64,000 nt of DNA from positions 8,810 through 72,809 of the forward strand of contig JAAPAO010000113.1 in assembly GCA_013115145.1 (NCBI GenBank). The letters run 5' to 3'. This DNA is from Perkinsus chesapeaki ATCC PRA-425. Lineage: Eukaryota; Protista; Perkinsozoa. The position numbers and the translations under genes are program-made. The notes under the pieces are model-generated. The model worked only from the letters and a program-made list of their open reading frames with translations, was not told where the DNA came from and made no database searches. This document shows positions 51,526 to 64,000 of this stretch, piece by piece (position 1 is the first letter of the stretch; each line of letters begins with the position of its first letter).

Positions 51526-54500
51526 ATGGTCGAGCGTCGACTACCAGTTGAGAGCGAGGTGAAGTCATTAGCTTCGGGAAAGGGAAATATAAAGGAGAAT
51601 GATGACGCTGCACTAGATGTGATTGTGGCCATGATAGTAGATGGATTCCGGGAAAATACCAGACATCTGCAGGATATAGAGCGGAGGGTAAGCGATGGCT
51701 GCATGGCTGCACCAGTGTACTGTGGAGGGGCGATGCCGTTTTTTGGGAAATGAAGCGAAGCGACATGCTGGGAGATTCCAAGAGGCTGCTGTGCATCTTC
51801 TCAAATCTGTCTGCATAGGCAGACTTCCACAGTGGAGACAAAGCCTTAGCGAGCCGAACCAACACCGAACGTGAATACATCGCATATGACTGTACCCGGT
51901 TTCACTAAGCGGGCGGTTGTTGATCTCTTTGAGCTTATTAGTCATAGAAGTTATCGATACTGTTATTGCTTGCAGATTCGGAGCGGCACAAATACCGCGC
52001 CACGTGCAGTTGTAGGAGCATCGCTTTTGCTTTTGAAGCCGTCGGTAATACTATGTCCCATTGTGATAGCGAAGCGTGTGCTCTGGTTCTTAGTGCTCCC
52101 ACGGTCATCATCACCATGATGATGGTGATGATCCTATAGGAAGGAAGGTGGATGAGTTGCTAGAGCCCGAGAGCCTTCGGGAGATGGTTCCAGCAATCAT
52201 CAGGAGCTGCACGGATGTTTATACCAAGGTGTGGATATGGGACCTGCTGCTGCTGCTGCTGCCTGAGATCGAGGATACTGGCTTCTCTCCGATCATATGA
52301 TAGATTAGCGAATCTGTGTTACTAAATGATTCGACCTGCATTACTTGACCTGTATGACCTGCACTAGATGTTGGGGGAACTATTTGCTCCAAGTTGTGTT
52401 GATTCTTCAGAAATTACTTTTCACTACGCTTTCATCTGCCAGGCTTATACGTAGGTATCAAAAAAGGCGAAGGATGATGGCGAGACTATGCCGCCGGAGG
52501 TCCAGTCTTACGTTCGTCGGGAGTGTTTGCTGAACTCGACGAAGCAAGAAATTGTTAGCAGAGCAAAGAAGTGGTTACAAAGTAGTGAATAGGGTATCAG
52601 GCTGGGACATTAATAAGTCCCTTATCCTGCTGTGGGGGGATTAATAAGTGCAATGAAAGGCAATCTGGCCAAGGGCTTCATGAAATTGCGGAGCGAGCGA
52701 AGTCAAATATATCTAAGCGTGTATGTGGTACACATAATGTGTAGCAAGGGGAGTGATATTGTCAATCGAGTCTATAGAATTGCTTGTCCTACCTCACCAA
52801 TACATAACGTATGTTGAGTAATTTCAAATCTAGTAATTTAGTAGACTAGTTCGGTGCTGATCGGTATGATATCACCTCAACTTGGGCGTGCTTCAATGTT
52901 GGCCGGGATTCGGTCCACAGAGCTTGGATTGGTGATTTAGGTCATAACCAGTCCGCGTCGACAGAAGGAGGAACATATGCAAACCCGCTGGCTTTGAAGA
53001 CAGCACCTGTACCAACACATATGTCAACATTTGGCAGTTGTGCAAGTTTTGTAGGTATGCGAGGTGGATGGCTCTCACCCCCTCAACCGACTGAGCTCGG
53101 ACACTATACGATCATTGATGGAAAGAGGCTGGGCTGTTCAGGACGGGTAAGGAAGTTGCTTGGTGATTCGGAGACAGTTGTTGGCAGCAGATTCGTGCCG
53201 ATCGCGGAAGTTGGGAAGATACGAAAAGAGATAGAGCTACTGGAGTTTGATGGGCACTTTGATGAGGTGTATGGTCAGAGTGTTGTTGGGATTCGTAACG
53301 ATAAGATATGCTATCCGAAGTATGCTGGTAAGCAATTAAGTGGAGGCACTTAAGCGTCTGCGCTTCGAAGAGCTGCTGCTTGTGAGTCTATCCGCAGGAA
53401 TGTGTAGGAAGAAGGATCTGCCAGAAACTCAATGTTACACTGCGTGTCGACCGCTCCTTCTTTCTCCTTGGATGGTTGCCGTTGTGCTTGCTTATCGCAG
53501 GGGTTCCAGGGATTGGTACACAGCTTTGCTTGAGGGACAGAAACTATTCATGGTGTGCACTAAGCTTTTACACGAAGCTTTGTAAAGAATCTGTGCGTAG
53601 TAGAATGGAAAGCATGAAATACGTTCCATTCGGTTCAACTATACGAACTGTCTTCTCGATGACTCTTAGAATCCATAATCATCACCACGCACGTGTAGGT
53701 TAGAACTGTACTGTAGTGACTGCAGAGCAAGCCGGCGACACCTGAATCGGCTAGGTCTCCTCTTTCTGATAGAAAGTTTCTATTCTCTGATGGAGTGCTC
53801 TGAGAGGGCTGTGAAAAATAGGAGGACAGCGACACTAAGCTTCATACTTCCATTGCGGCGCTCCCAGTCTATGAGCTTGTCGATCCGACAATTCATCGGT
53901 CCTTCCTGATGTACACTTTTCAAGGATGAATACCTTCTCGGAGGAGCTGTGAGAAGTTGATCAATATTCGTGCAGTACCAAGACGTTGACCGAATGTTTG
54001 AATTTTCAGCTTGGTCACTGCCGGTTTCCCAGTCTTTGTTAAGTGACGTTTTAATCTCCCTCAGAGTTGGACGTAGAACTTTATCAGCACCTGCGATGGT
54101 TGATGGCTGAGAGGTTACAAGATTTACCATTTGAGCTCAATGCTAAGATATCTGGAGAACGCAAAATCTTATTGCAGGCTCGAACGCAGGTGACCTATAG
54201 GGGGACAATTTGCACAATCACCCGCCGCCGCCGCCCGACGCAGCAGCAGCACTATCGATTTAGGTTTTCCATTGGAGTAGTTAGACTCTTTTCCTCTTGT
54301 TGGACGCGGTCATTAGGGGCGCCGATAAAGCGGGCTTCATACCATTGGATAGTATATTATTATTAATATTTATTAACTAGTATCTTATATAGTTACTATA
54401 ATGAGATATATTAATCAATACGCTTATAATACCAAGTTCGTTTTCATTTTTGGAATATCTAATCTTATCTTCTTCCCTACTTTTAATGTCAGACTCGCCC

Positions 54501-56136
54501 TACTTACCTTGGGATTTCGTCGTCGGGTTTCCTTCCTCAATAGTCGGTCTCTGGTGTTCAGATTCAAGTAGGCATTTATGCAGCTAAAGGCGGTTACTAT
54601 AAAAAGCACCTGGATGGAGGGTATAACGATAAAGATGTTGGTCGGGCATTTTCAGCAGTGGTGTACGTGAACTCTGACGGCACATATTCGGGGTAAGCCT
54701 GTGGGAATCAAATGTCACGAACGAAGGGATATCATGGGCAATGGAACATATTATATGAGATTCGTAAATGCGTTGTTGTTAATACTCACCCGCACTAGGA
54801 GCACACTGTAAAAGGTTTATTGTTGATTTATATATATTTTATAGCATATGGATGAAGTGTTGATGGTTATAATGATATCTCAGAAGGAGGCATACAATAC
54901 CTATGCTTATCACTGATCGAGTGATAACAGATAATCTCGATAACTTATGGTAAATTCTGTCTAACTCGCAAGAGTATCTACAAGTAAAACTATACCTTTT
55001 ACCGTGCGAGTCAGTTGACAAATGTCAAAGGAACAATACTAGTGATGTTACTTCCGAGAATGGCAATATGTGATACGTAGTGTTCATTCTCGCGGTGTCA
55101 AACTTGGACCCGATAAATCGAGGCGGTGTCAAACTTGGACCCGATAAATCGAGGCGGTGTCAAAGAAGAATACGTATTGTCAATATTGGCAGGGGCATCA
55201 CTGATATTGTCGCTTGGACATTTGTCAACTGTCGACTTGCGCGGGAAAAGGTGTAAACCCGTTATCTGTCAGAGGAACATCAACCGACTTGTTAAATTGA
55301 ATGAGTTATCTATCTATCATTTCATGTTGTATTATTCTGGTTTTTGGTAACTAATCAGTACTTCTTCAATTGTCCTTGATCAGCGGTCATGTACTAGTAT
55401 GGGTATTGAGTGATTCAAGTGGTATTATTAGTGATGTATCTATTTCAGTGATGGCAGCAGCAGCAGTAATGATGATGACGGTGGAGAGCTGGTGCTGTAC
55501 GATAAGGCTGACTCTGATAAAGTGAGTACTACGGAATTCTACCTTTCTGTCTGCTCAACGTATAAATTCTGAAACTTGAGATTGGTGCCAGAGCAGAGGG
55601 TCAGAGAGGAGCACCGAATGTTGTGCCTGGAAGGGATGCATTCTCAATCCGCTCTAGGATCACATTTTCGAAAACGATTACAATCATATCGACAGACCAG
55701 GAGCAACTTGTGACACTCGGGGAATTGACCGGCGAGGCTAAACTGACGTCTGTGTATGACTCCAAGCCCTTCGCTTGTTGAAATTGAGCTCGTGACCCAT
55801 AAGAGCCTGCGTGAAACTGAAGACAAAAACAGACACGAAAGTTCGCCGGCCAGGCGACTCCGTATCGCGGGGAGGTGAAAGAGTTAATGAGGTCGGATAA
55901 AAGAGAGATGTAGCCGGTTGGCCAAATCGAAAATTCTAGTTTTACTTGTGTAGAGTACATTTGATCCACATTACCATGTGCAGGTTCTGACGAAGATACC
56001 TCCTGTTGGTGGGCGACTGGTCTTATACAACTCCCGTGATGTCCCACACGAGATACTTCCAACGTCCTGCAGGTGTGGTGAAAGGCGTATAGCTGTCACA
56101 GCTTTCTTGACGGGTCCCGATATGAGCAGGAAATGA
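51526..56136 (+). CDS. EGLN/PHD-like 2OG-Fe(II) dioxygenase (prolyl hydroxylase fold) with long N-terminal extension, multi-exon
   Basis: GIRNDKICY (cf. EGLN IRGDKI); exon 54562-54692 QVGIYAAKGGYYKKHLDGG..GRAFSAVVYVN; exon 55449-55521 GGELVLY; exon 55984-56136 IPPVGGRLVLYNSRDVPHEILP..RRIAVTAF*. These three exons splice in frame. The 5' exons and start are inferred and could extend to about 51200. Confidence 0.75.
55092..55164. repeat. 31-nt tandem repeat (2.3 copies), intronic
   Basis: gcggtgtcaaacttggacccgataaatcgag twice, then gcggtgtcaaa. Confidence 0.93.
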
Positions 56137-56414
56137 TTTCTGATCCCACTGGTGGCTTTGAGTTTGCAGAACCGCCTCGGTGACGGTTAACCGTAAAAAT
56201 TTCTGGCGGAGATGTCGCAGTTGTCCTGGCAGTTTTTACTGCTGGGAGATGCAATATTGAACGGGAACGAGTGTCTTACCGAATAATTATAAATTAAATA
56301 ACTGAACTCGATATAGTGAAAGAAAAATCGAAAAGGATCGGTAGGTCATATAACTTTGTAAGGGGTTTATTATCTTACCAGCCGACCATCGACTGGTAGT
56401 AGCATGAAGAAAGG

Positions 56415-58990
56415 ATGCACAGTGGGATACCACACCCACACATTCGAAGAACTATTCGAGCTCATTGTCGAGGTCGGAGGCAACGCAGAGCTCGTTTGAA
56501 CTCGAAGTGGCGTCACTTTTGTAAAGTTCAGTTCTTTATGATAAAATTGAGGGGAAGAAATCTTTACAAGGCCGCCGCTACTCGAGCTCGACGAGCTCGC
56601 TATCCTGACCCGACAGAAGTCTCAGTCGCCGAACTGTCGGCGCGTGCTAAAGGAGTAGAGCCTGTACTGGCTCGACCGTGGGTACATGTATATGATACTA
56701 GTACGGAGAGCGCTCCTTGGTTGGGGGAAGATAATGTAAGGTTGACGCCGGGGGAGTCTCTGGTTTTAGTAATAGAAGTGATACATTACTAATGTCTAAT
56801 TTATATATTATATTTATACACATGTCTTTATTATAACTATTAAATTACGAATATTGATACTTATATGAATAGGAGCCTTAAGGGTTAAGGCTGGTCCTTC
56901 CTGTTAAGCCTTGGTCTTCTCCTGGGGGTATCCGGCTGTAATAGGCCACAAGCTCTACATAGAAGTCGTACACCGGAATCAAACGTGGACTTATGTTTAT
57001 ATATCGAACCTATAATAAGCTTGCCGCGGACCGTAGTGTCGTGATAAGTAAAGTTTGAACGATGAGTACGGTCATTTTTCTCGCTCGCCCTCGCGATGAA
57101 ACGGCTGGGAGTTTTGTCATGAAAATTATACCAATCGATTCCCCTTGTCTTATAGCTATATCCTTGAAGGTTTCAGCCAATTTTGATCACTCTAACGCGA
57201 AATATTCAATTTTAATCAACTTGCCCAACAAACGCGAACGCACTGTAATCGTATTCAATAACACAGGAGCAAGCATTATAAAGCAAACAAAGGAAGAATA
57301 TTAAGATGTTTATTTCAGATGGTGTATGCTCGGGAATTGTTCTCGAGGAAGGTTGTTGGATATCCTTTAATTGGTCTTTGGAATGTCGAACGAAAGTCGG
57401 CTAATAATGCACATAGGACACCTGCTGTGGTAAGTTTAAATTTCTGACCATCTGAGCAAACGGTCATTAGTGGCTTCAAAATTGGTATGATTTGGGCTTG
57501 TGGGGACTTGGGTGATTCTGCTGAATGTGCCTAGTTGCCGGGTAGATCGTCCCGGATGATCGGAAGTTTTTCGTTGAACGGGTATGGTTTTTCAGGTAAT
57601 CTGCGGGCGATCTAACGTTGGCAAATCCACGCTTATTAATGAGATCCTGTACGGTCGCCAATTTGATCAGAATAAGTATCGCGTTCGAATGTCGTCCCAA
57701 AATATAACTCATGCGCCTGTATCGAACAAAGCTGGCAGAACTCGACATATCTTTCGATTTGACCTCGGCGATCGGCTACGCATTGTGGATTTGCCAGGTA
57801 GGGGGGGAGATGAAGTTGAGCTAATAAGAATCTTTAGGCTACGGCTTTGCTGAGGTCGAGGGGAGTGTTCGAGATGAATGGGCGACCTTGATTGAAAGAT
57901 ACCTTCAAGTGGCTGGTGAAGAATCTGGCCAACTTCAGCGTGCAATCAGTTTGGTATGGTTGGGCCTTGGAGCGGTTGATGGTGACTTCATTATTGTTTA
58001 GATTGATGCCAGAAGGGGAGCTAAGGGCTTGGATAGAGCATTGTGGGACATGTTACAGGATAAACGGATACCATTCCAGGTGAGGGGAACAACAGCAGTG
58101 TTGTCCTAAGGACGGTAAATATGTGACATCATTTGCAGCATAACTAATATGCGTAACTAAATAAGAGCTACAGCTGGAAACTGAACAAAAGTTGGACTAT
58201 TCAATTGAGTTGGCGTTTAGCTCTCATATTCACTCGATACTTCGTTACTCGCTCGTTACTTGCCACCCATCACACCGGTCGATACAGTTATAAGGGCATC
58301 TAGCACCCCAATAACAACTCAGAGGGCTCCTCTTAGTCACATGACCGTTTACGATCCGGAAAGTGTTATGCAGTTTAACTCTTTAACGCCAAGAAATCTG
58401 GGTCTAGTCGCAAGACTGAAGCAGCAATGCTCTAAACCATTATGGATACTGCGCCGCACTTTACTGGTGTGTCATTGTGCTCCGATACGACACGACTTCG
58501 GTAACTGGACTAGTAGCATCTGAGATGAGCACTGAAGCGCCTATTTCTAAGGGTTCCGCATGGCTTTGGATTTTGTACTCCTTTAGGATGACACTTAATA
58601 CCAAAGTAGCCATTCCCGACGAAACAACTTGATTTCGTAATAACGTGGTTGCCAGTTCTTTTGCATTCCGGCCGGGAATGCTTTTGTTGTCTTTCCCGAA
58701 GTGCTGCTCTTCAGGTGGTTCTGACCAAGGTTGATTTGGTCCGTAATGTCTACGAGCTCCACGATATGATCGAACAGATTGTTGCTAGTTTACAAGTAGT
58801 GACTTGTTATTTTCGTATTGCTATCGTAGCTTCGGTGCAGGAATACGACCGTGAAATTGTATGGCCATATGTGCATTCTGTATCGAGTTTAGAGAAACAC
58901 GGTATGAACGATCTGCTGCTCAGTTTGTCAGCGATCGCGAAAGACTTCGAGATGGTTAATAAAGTTCGTATGGCATCTGGTGGGAAATGA
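56415..58990 (+). CDS. engB: EngB/YihA (YsxC) family GTPase, probably organelle-targeted, multi-exon
   Basis: G1 GRSNVGKSTLIN; G2 GRTR; G3 DLPGYGFA; DARRG; G4 VVLTKVD; VSS. Arg-rich N-terminal extension; start is tentative. Confidence 0.85.
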
Positions 58991-59456
58991 CACATGTTTC
59001 TGATTCAGCAAGTTTTGTGTTAACTGAGTTGTCGATGAGGGAATCGCCGCGGTGACGTCCTTATTGAGAACTTATTACTCACTGTGGAGATATAACATAA
59101 ATCATTCCGGTAAATACTTTCCTATTCGGAGAGAGAATGTCGAGTGTATTCCCTTGTCTGGTTGCATATTTCTTTATGAACTTCCTGACTGTCTTTGACG
59201 CACTACCGTAAGAGTTAGGATTGCCGCGAATCCGAGCGCACCGAGTGCATTGTTTTGGGGAGTTAAATTGTAGTGGATTTTTGTTCTAACCGTTAAGTAT
59301 GATATGACAGGTTGGACTATACGCCTGTGGCTGCAGGACCGGAAAATTTCCGTAAATTTTTTCCATCCCTCAGCATTGGAGAGTGTACTTGCTACTACCA
59401 ATCGAGGAGAGGAGTTCTAGTATTCGCGGACACTCCAGCAGGTTATCTACGTCTTG

Positions 59457-62400
59457 ATGTCGGAGAAGCCTGGCAGCGGCGGTGGTGGTCCGAAGAAGCA
59501 ATGGGGTGTCAGCCCTGCGGTGTCATTGAGCAAGCCTGGAGCTAAAGACGTGGCTGCAACTGAAGTGATGAACGAGGTGAGTTGTTCAGGAATGGTGGTT
59601 GATGGTGGGAGCGGAGGAGGGCAAACTTATTTGTAGTACAAATATAAGTACAAGTACAAAGTATACAAGTGTAACTTATATACGTATACGTATATATGTA
59701 GTACAAAGGTTAACTTGTATGTAGCCCTCTTAATCCGGAAAGATTCTCTTGAGGCATTCTCAAACACTGTCGGCATTTTTGAGGCTAAAATTTACATATA
59801 GCAATCCCGAAATACTAGATCCCACGCGAGTGAATCATATTGCAGCAACGAGTGATATACCTGTTATGAAATAGTGGGATACTGCAATATCGATTTCAGG
59901 TCCTAGTAGCCGAGGCTCCGCAAGCCAGTGAGGAGGAGCGGCAATTGCACAAGACTGTCTTCTCATTAATGTCAGAGTAGGCCCGACGAACCATCGCTTA
60001 ACTCCGTCGAATGCCATCATTCAGACTTGTGAGTGAATGGGGTAGGGAGTATGCATTTTCATCTGGTCTGGAGGAGAAAGGCTGTCACTGCGAGCTTATG
60101 GCCATCGGCAGTGCAAGGCTTGGATTGCAGGATCCTTCCAGCGATATCGATTGTGTCGTCGTCGCTGGTCATTTGGTAGGTCCGTAAACTTCTGCAGTGT
60201 TTTCAATATTTGCCTTCAGATTTCTCGAGATGCATTTTTCAAGCTGTTTCCAGTGAAGCTCTCCGAGCGGAATGATATAACCAATTTGAATCCTGTGAGT
60301 GTCTGTGCCAGCTCTGAGACTTATTCGCGAAATGAACTATGTCAAATAAATCCCTTTGGAGGTCACCTCAAATTATGCTGAAAAATTGCGGAATTTTCTG
60401 AAAATTTTATCTCGTCGTTGAATTAGTGGCCTCCTCAACGAAGTTCGACTTTATTTTGTAAAACTGAGGTTGGTTAGTCAGGTTCCTCAAGCCGCGGTTC
60501 CTGTTATTAAAATGAAATGCATGGATGTCGATGTCGACGTCTTATTCTGTGGCCTTGCGCATCCCATGGGTAACAAACTCGCTCTCCAGCAGCAGCATCA
60601 GCATCTGTCTCAGCATCCTTTTCTTACCTTCAGATGGCCCACTAGATCCCTCAGATGACACCATTCTCTGCGATATGGATGAGAAGTCAGCGCGTAGCAT
60701 CAACGGCGTTAGAGTGTCTGATGCTATCAAAGCCAGCGTCCCCAACTTTGACAATTTCTTAGGTCAGTCGGTCGGTGCTCCTCTCTAGTTGACTTGGTCA
60801 CGTTCAGGTGCTTTGAGGTTGATTAGAGGTTGGGCTAGGCGACGTGGCGTTTATAGCAATGCACTTGGGTGAGCCTCGTACGGACTCTACCATCAATCGG
60901 AGCTACATTACTACTTCAAATCCTGCGGGGCTTCGCTTGTGGCTCATTCCCACACGCGACTTGTGTGGCAGGAGTGAGCTCGCATGGGTGGGTTCCCTCC
61001 GCCGGGGATTTCTTCGCGGAACCGATACTGAGTTCGTTTTTGCCGATTTTGGGTTTATTGGGAATCTGGGATTGCCACAAAATGACCGCTCATCCCAACT
61101 GATAAGTATAACTAGGCCGTTTCGGTCATCAAACCTCGATGTTGAACCAGGAAACTCCTTGCGACGTTGTTGTTGTTTGCGGCCAATTTCCCATTTTTCT
61201 ATCAGATATCTCGGTGGAGTTAGTTGGGCCATCCTGGTAGCTCGAATATGCCAGCTTTTCCCACACATGTGCTCCTCTCAACTCGTAGTTCGTTTTTTCC
61301 GTAAGTTGTACTCGTACCGTGCGGAGTAGCAGTTCCCCTCTTATAGGTGTGTATTCTCGCTGGAACTGGGATCCCTCTGAAGGGGCTGTTGTATTGAAGC
61401 ACTCGGAGCAGAGGAGTGGAGCTGGCTATCAGCATCATAGGGTTTGGTAAGCAGCATCTCCACTGTTTTAATATGCATCTTCCCTTCTGCAATTGAGATA
61501 TCTGTTTATGAAACGGCTGATCGATTTAGTGTCACTTTTCGATATGAGTCACTGTATATTTCTCGTGCTTTGAATCTCACTCTACAACACTCAGAATTAA
61601 GTGATGAATTTAGGGTTTATAGAAATCAGTAAAATAATGGTTTACTAAATTTTAACTGATCACTCTGTTGTGTTGCGTCCGGCCGCCGTGAGTGCGAATA
61701 CCCTCCTTTATATCCAGATATGTTAACACATAAAGTAACTTCACTTTTTTCGAGGACCTATTCACGGCTCAACCAACATTCGTTGATGAGCGCACAACAG
61801 GTTGCCTATTAGGTGTCCCCCGCCGAAGAGGACAGGGGGCGAGCAAGCCTTCCTCCCGGCGGTTTCGCCCATGGCCGTGATCACACCGGCCTACCCGTCG
61901 ATGAACTCGACATTCGGCGTCACGGGGACGACGATGACGACTTTAAAAATGGAGTTAGAGTGAGTTTTCTCATCTGCTTCATCGGGGTGATTAGTTTCTG
62001 ATCAGGCGAGGCGCGCAGATTATCTCCGCGAAAGGCGTTGATCTTAGCAGGCGAAAGAATTGGGAATCGTTAATCGATCCTTTTCATTTCTTCGATTACC
62101 AAAAGGGAGGCTACAAGCAGTTCTTGCAGGTGAGGCATCGGTGCCTGGCGGCCCCAGGGTTCTTCCTGAGGGCAAAAATTTTTTAAAAACTACTATCAAT
62201 GGCCAGAATACTCTTTCCGCCGCAGTAGCAAGCCGACCTGTCGAATTCGGAAAGCGCAACTGGCAGTAAATTATTCTTCGAGAACTCAGCTCGTTTCTGA
62301 GGACTCTTAACTTGCTTTTGGTGACTCTCGAGGTGTATTTTTGTTAACAAGTTTCATTATTCAGATCGAGGTAGTGGGAGCATCCGCTTTAAGCCACAAA

Positions 62401-62895
62401 TCTGCAGAAGGTTTGGTCAACTCTAAAATCAAACCATTATTGATGAAGAAGATGCCCGAAGTGGCGGCCGAAGACAACAGTAAAGTAAATACTTTGCCGT
62501 ATAAGATGGTTTTGAAAATGGGCGTTCAGGTCCCTTACAGAGCTTGGACGGGAGCCATCCCTTTGGAGGACCCCACCAAGGAGTATCCTTATTGCTCTGC
62601 TCTGTTCGTGGGCCTGTCTATTCCAACCGGTATCGATTTACGACCTGCGGTGCGGGAATTCATGGAGAGGCTTGGAGCTGAATTAGCCGCTCAGATGCCC
62701 GAGTAGGTCTTTTCGTTGTGGAACGCCGATATTGAGTTCATTCCCAGATACAAGGCGGGCGGCATGTTCGATGTGAGAGTCAGACACGTCACCCTCGCAT
62801 CGTTACCGGACGCTGTGAAGGGCGATTCAGTAAAAAGAAAAGTTGAACTTCTACCAGATGATGACAATGTTAATAAGAAGGCGAAATTGACGTGA
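59457..62895 (+). CDS. PAP: Canonical poly(A) polymerase, multi-exon
   Basis: [92 protein letters not shown]; C-terminal KRK..KKAK NLS-like; stop TGA at 62893-62895. Confidence 0.92.
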
Positions 62896-63600
62896 AAAAG
62901 ATGTTGTTGAGTTGTGAATTAAAACACGATTAGCTACTCTGAAATGTTCGGAGATGTTTGAAGGATAACGATTCGAACCACAAGCCTTGTGGCACAAGGT
63001 CGTCAACCTCTTGTCATCCTCGTGTGAAGCCAAGAACATATAGACAGTACAGCTATTAATACAGAGCAAATTACGTTTCAAGCAACTTGGGTTTCACTGG
63101 TCTTGATAGGCAAGGAATCTTATGATATTATTTTTACCCCACTTGGGTGCTTGACGCAAATCTCAGATGCAAGCCTAAGGGACCTTACCATAAGATTACC
63201 TTACGGAATCTTGAGCAACTCACACGAGCTGCAACCGTCGCGCTAGTGTGAAGGAGGTGTTGGAAAAGCACTCAAACACCCACGGGCCACGGGCAGTACA
63301 CATGGCCCATGGTGGCATGATGCGTGAACCTGAAACAGTAAGATACCGCGAGCAATGCCAGTAAAGGTTGGGCAGATATCGATATGTTTAATATCGCTTG
63401 ATGTAATTTACCTGTACATTTTTCAACTACCATTACCACTGTCTTTATCATGCAGTAATTGTGCATTCCATCCTAATGCTCCCTCGAGCTACTCTATTTG
63501 CTCTCGTGACGATCATCGATGTGTCGTAAAGTGGAAGCAGCAAGCGTCCTTGTAATTATGGTGGCCGTGCACCTGGTGGTTGTGGCGTTCAAGGGCCTTC

Positions 63601-64000
63601 GATAGTTGTACAAACTCTGATTGGGGTACTTACTGCAAGGTGTGGCTCGATGTGCCTGTGTACTTCGGTATTATCAAGAAGGCCGATGGCAGCTTATGCT
63701 TCGACTCTGTTGACGATGATTGTGAAGGTGACGCTTACTTGTGTGATGTGAAAACTACGGAGCCTCCTACTGAGACCACCGAGGCTCCTAATGAGACCAC
63801 CGACGCTCCTACTGAGACCACCGACGCTCCTACTGAGACCAGTGACGCTCCTACTGAGACCACCGACGCTCCTACTGAGACCAGTGACGCTCCTACTGAG
63901 ACCACCGACGCTCCTACTGAGACCACCGACGCTCCTACTGAGACCACCGACGCTCCTACTGAGACCAGTGACGCTCCTACTGAGACCACCGACGCTCCTA
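63601..64000 (+). CDS. Third Cys-module mucin-like gene or pseudogene (truncated by window end)
   Basis: DSCTNSDWGTYCKVWLDVPVYFGIIKKADGSLCFDSVDDDCEGDAYLC followed by ETTDAPT repeats; aligns with module 2 of 10564-11871. No in-frame ATG after the TAA at 63553-63555. Confidence 0.7.
63763..64000 (+). repeat. 21-nt coding tandem repeat (TETTDAP)
   Basis: ctcctactgagaccaccgacg units running to the window end. Confidence 0.97.

Noticed and set aside
53900-54200. ISGERKILLQA resembling a Rubisco-LSMT/SET C-terminal motif
   Set aside because: It sits directly before the QVGIY..HLD exon and is better explained as part of the 2OG dioxygenase domain.
55580-55900. Coding-like frames inside the dioxygenase intron
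   Set aside because: Flanking exons splice in frame without them, and no motif is recognised.
63735-63989. Minus-strand (VSVGASV)n ORF
   Set aside because: Antisense of the TETTDAP repeat.
1-64000. Spliced-leader RNA gene or relic (dinoflagellate/perkinsid CCGTAGCCAT..GGCTCAAG)
   Set aside because: No convincing match found by eye on either strand.

Overview
This is eukaryotic, intron-rich genomic DNA with many short (~35-60 nt) GT-AG introns and two N-gaps, both inside tandem repeats. Gene style and the Cys-rich/mucin-like secreted proteins suggest an alveolate such as Perkinsus (inference, not verified). Recognisable genes in order: a type-I L-asparaginase with an extra N-terminal signal peptide and Cys-rich module (plus a decayed asparaginase copy upstream); two secreted Cys-module paralogs, one with ETTEAP mucin repeats; tRNA-Ser(GCT); RMI1; two tandem EDR2_C/DUF1336 genes; a secreted protein with 14-aa repeats; an LMBR1-family membrane protein; a MAP kinase kinase; an orphan ORF; an alpha/beta hydrolase ending in a CaaX box; two intronless TPT/SLC35-type transporters sharing an identical 416-nt block; an EGLN/PHD-like 2OG-Fe(II) dioxygenase with a long N-terminal extension; an EngB/YihA GTPase; a canonical poly(A) polymerase; and a truncated third mucin-like Cys-module gene at the right edge. 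The best novelty candidate is the apparently exon-shuffled, secreted Cys-module-asparaginase next to its module-bearing paralogs. Exon structures were read by eye and some gene ends are approximate. No CRISPR, rRNA or intact mobile element was seen.
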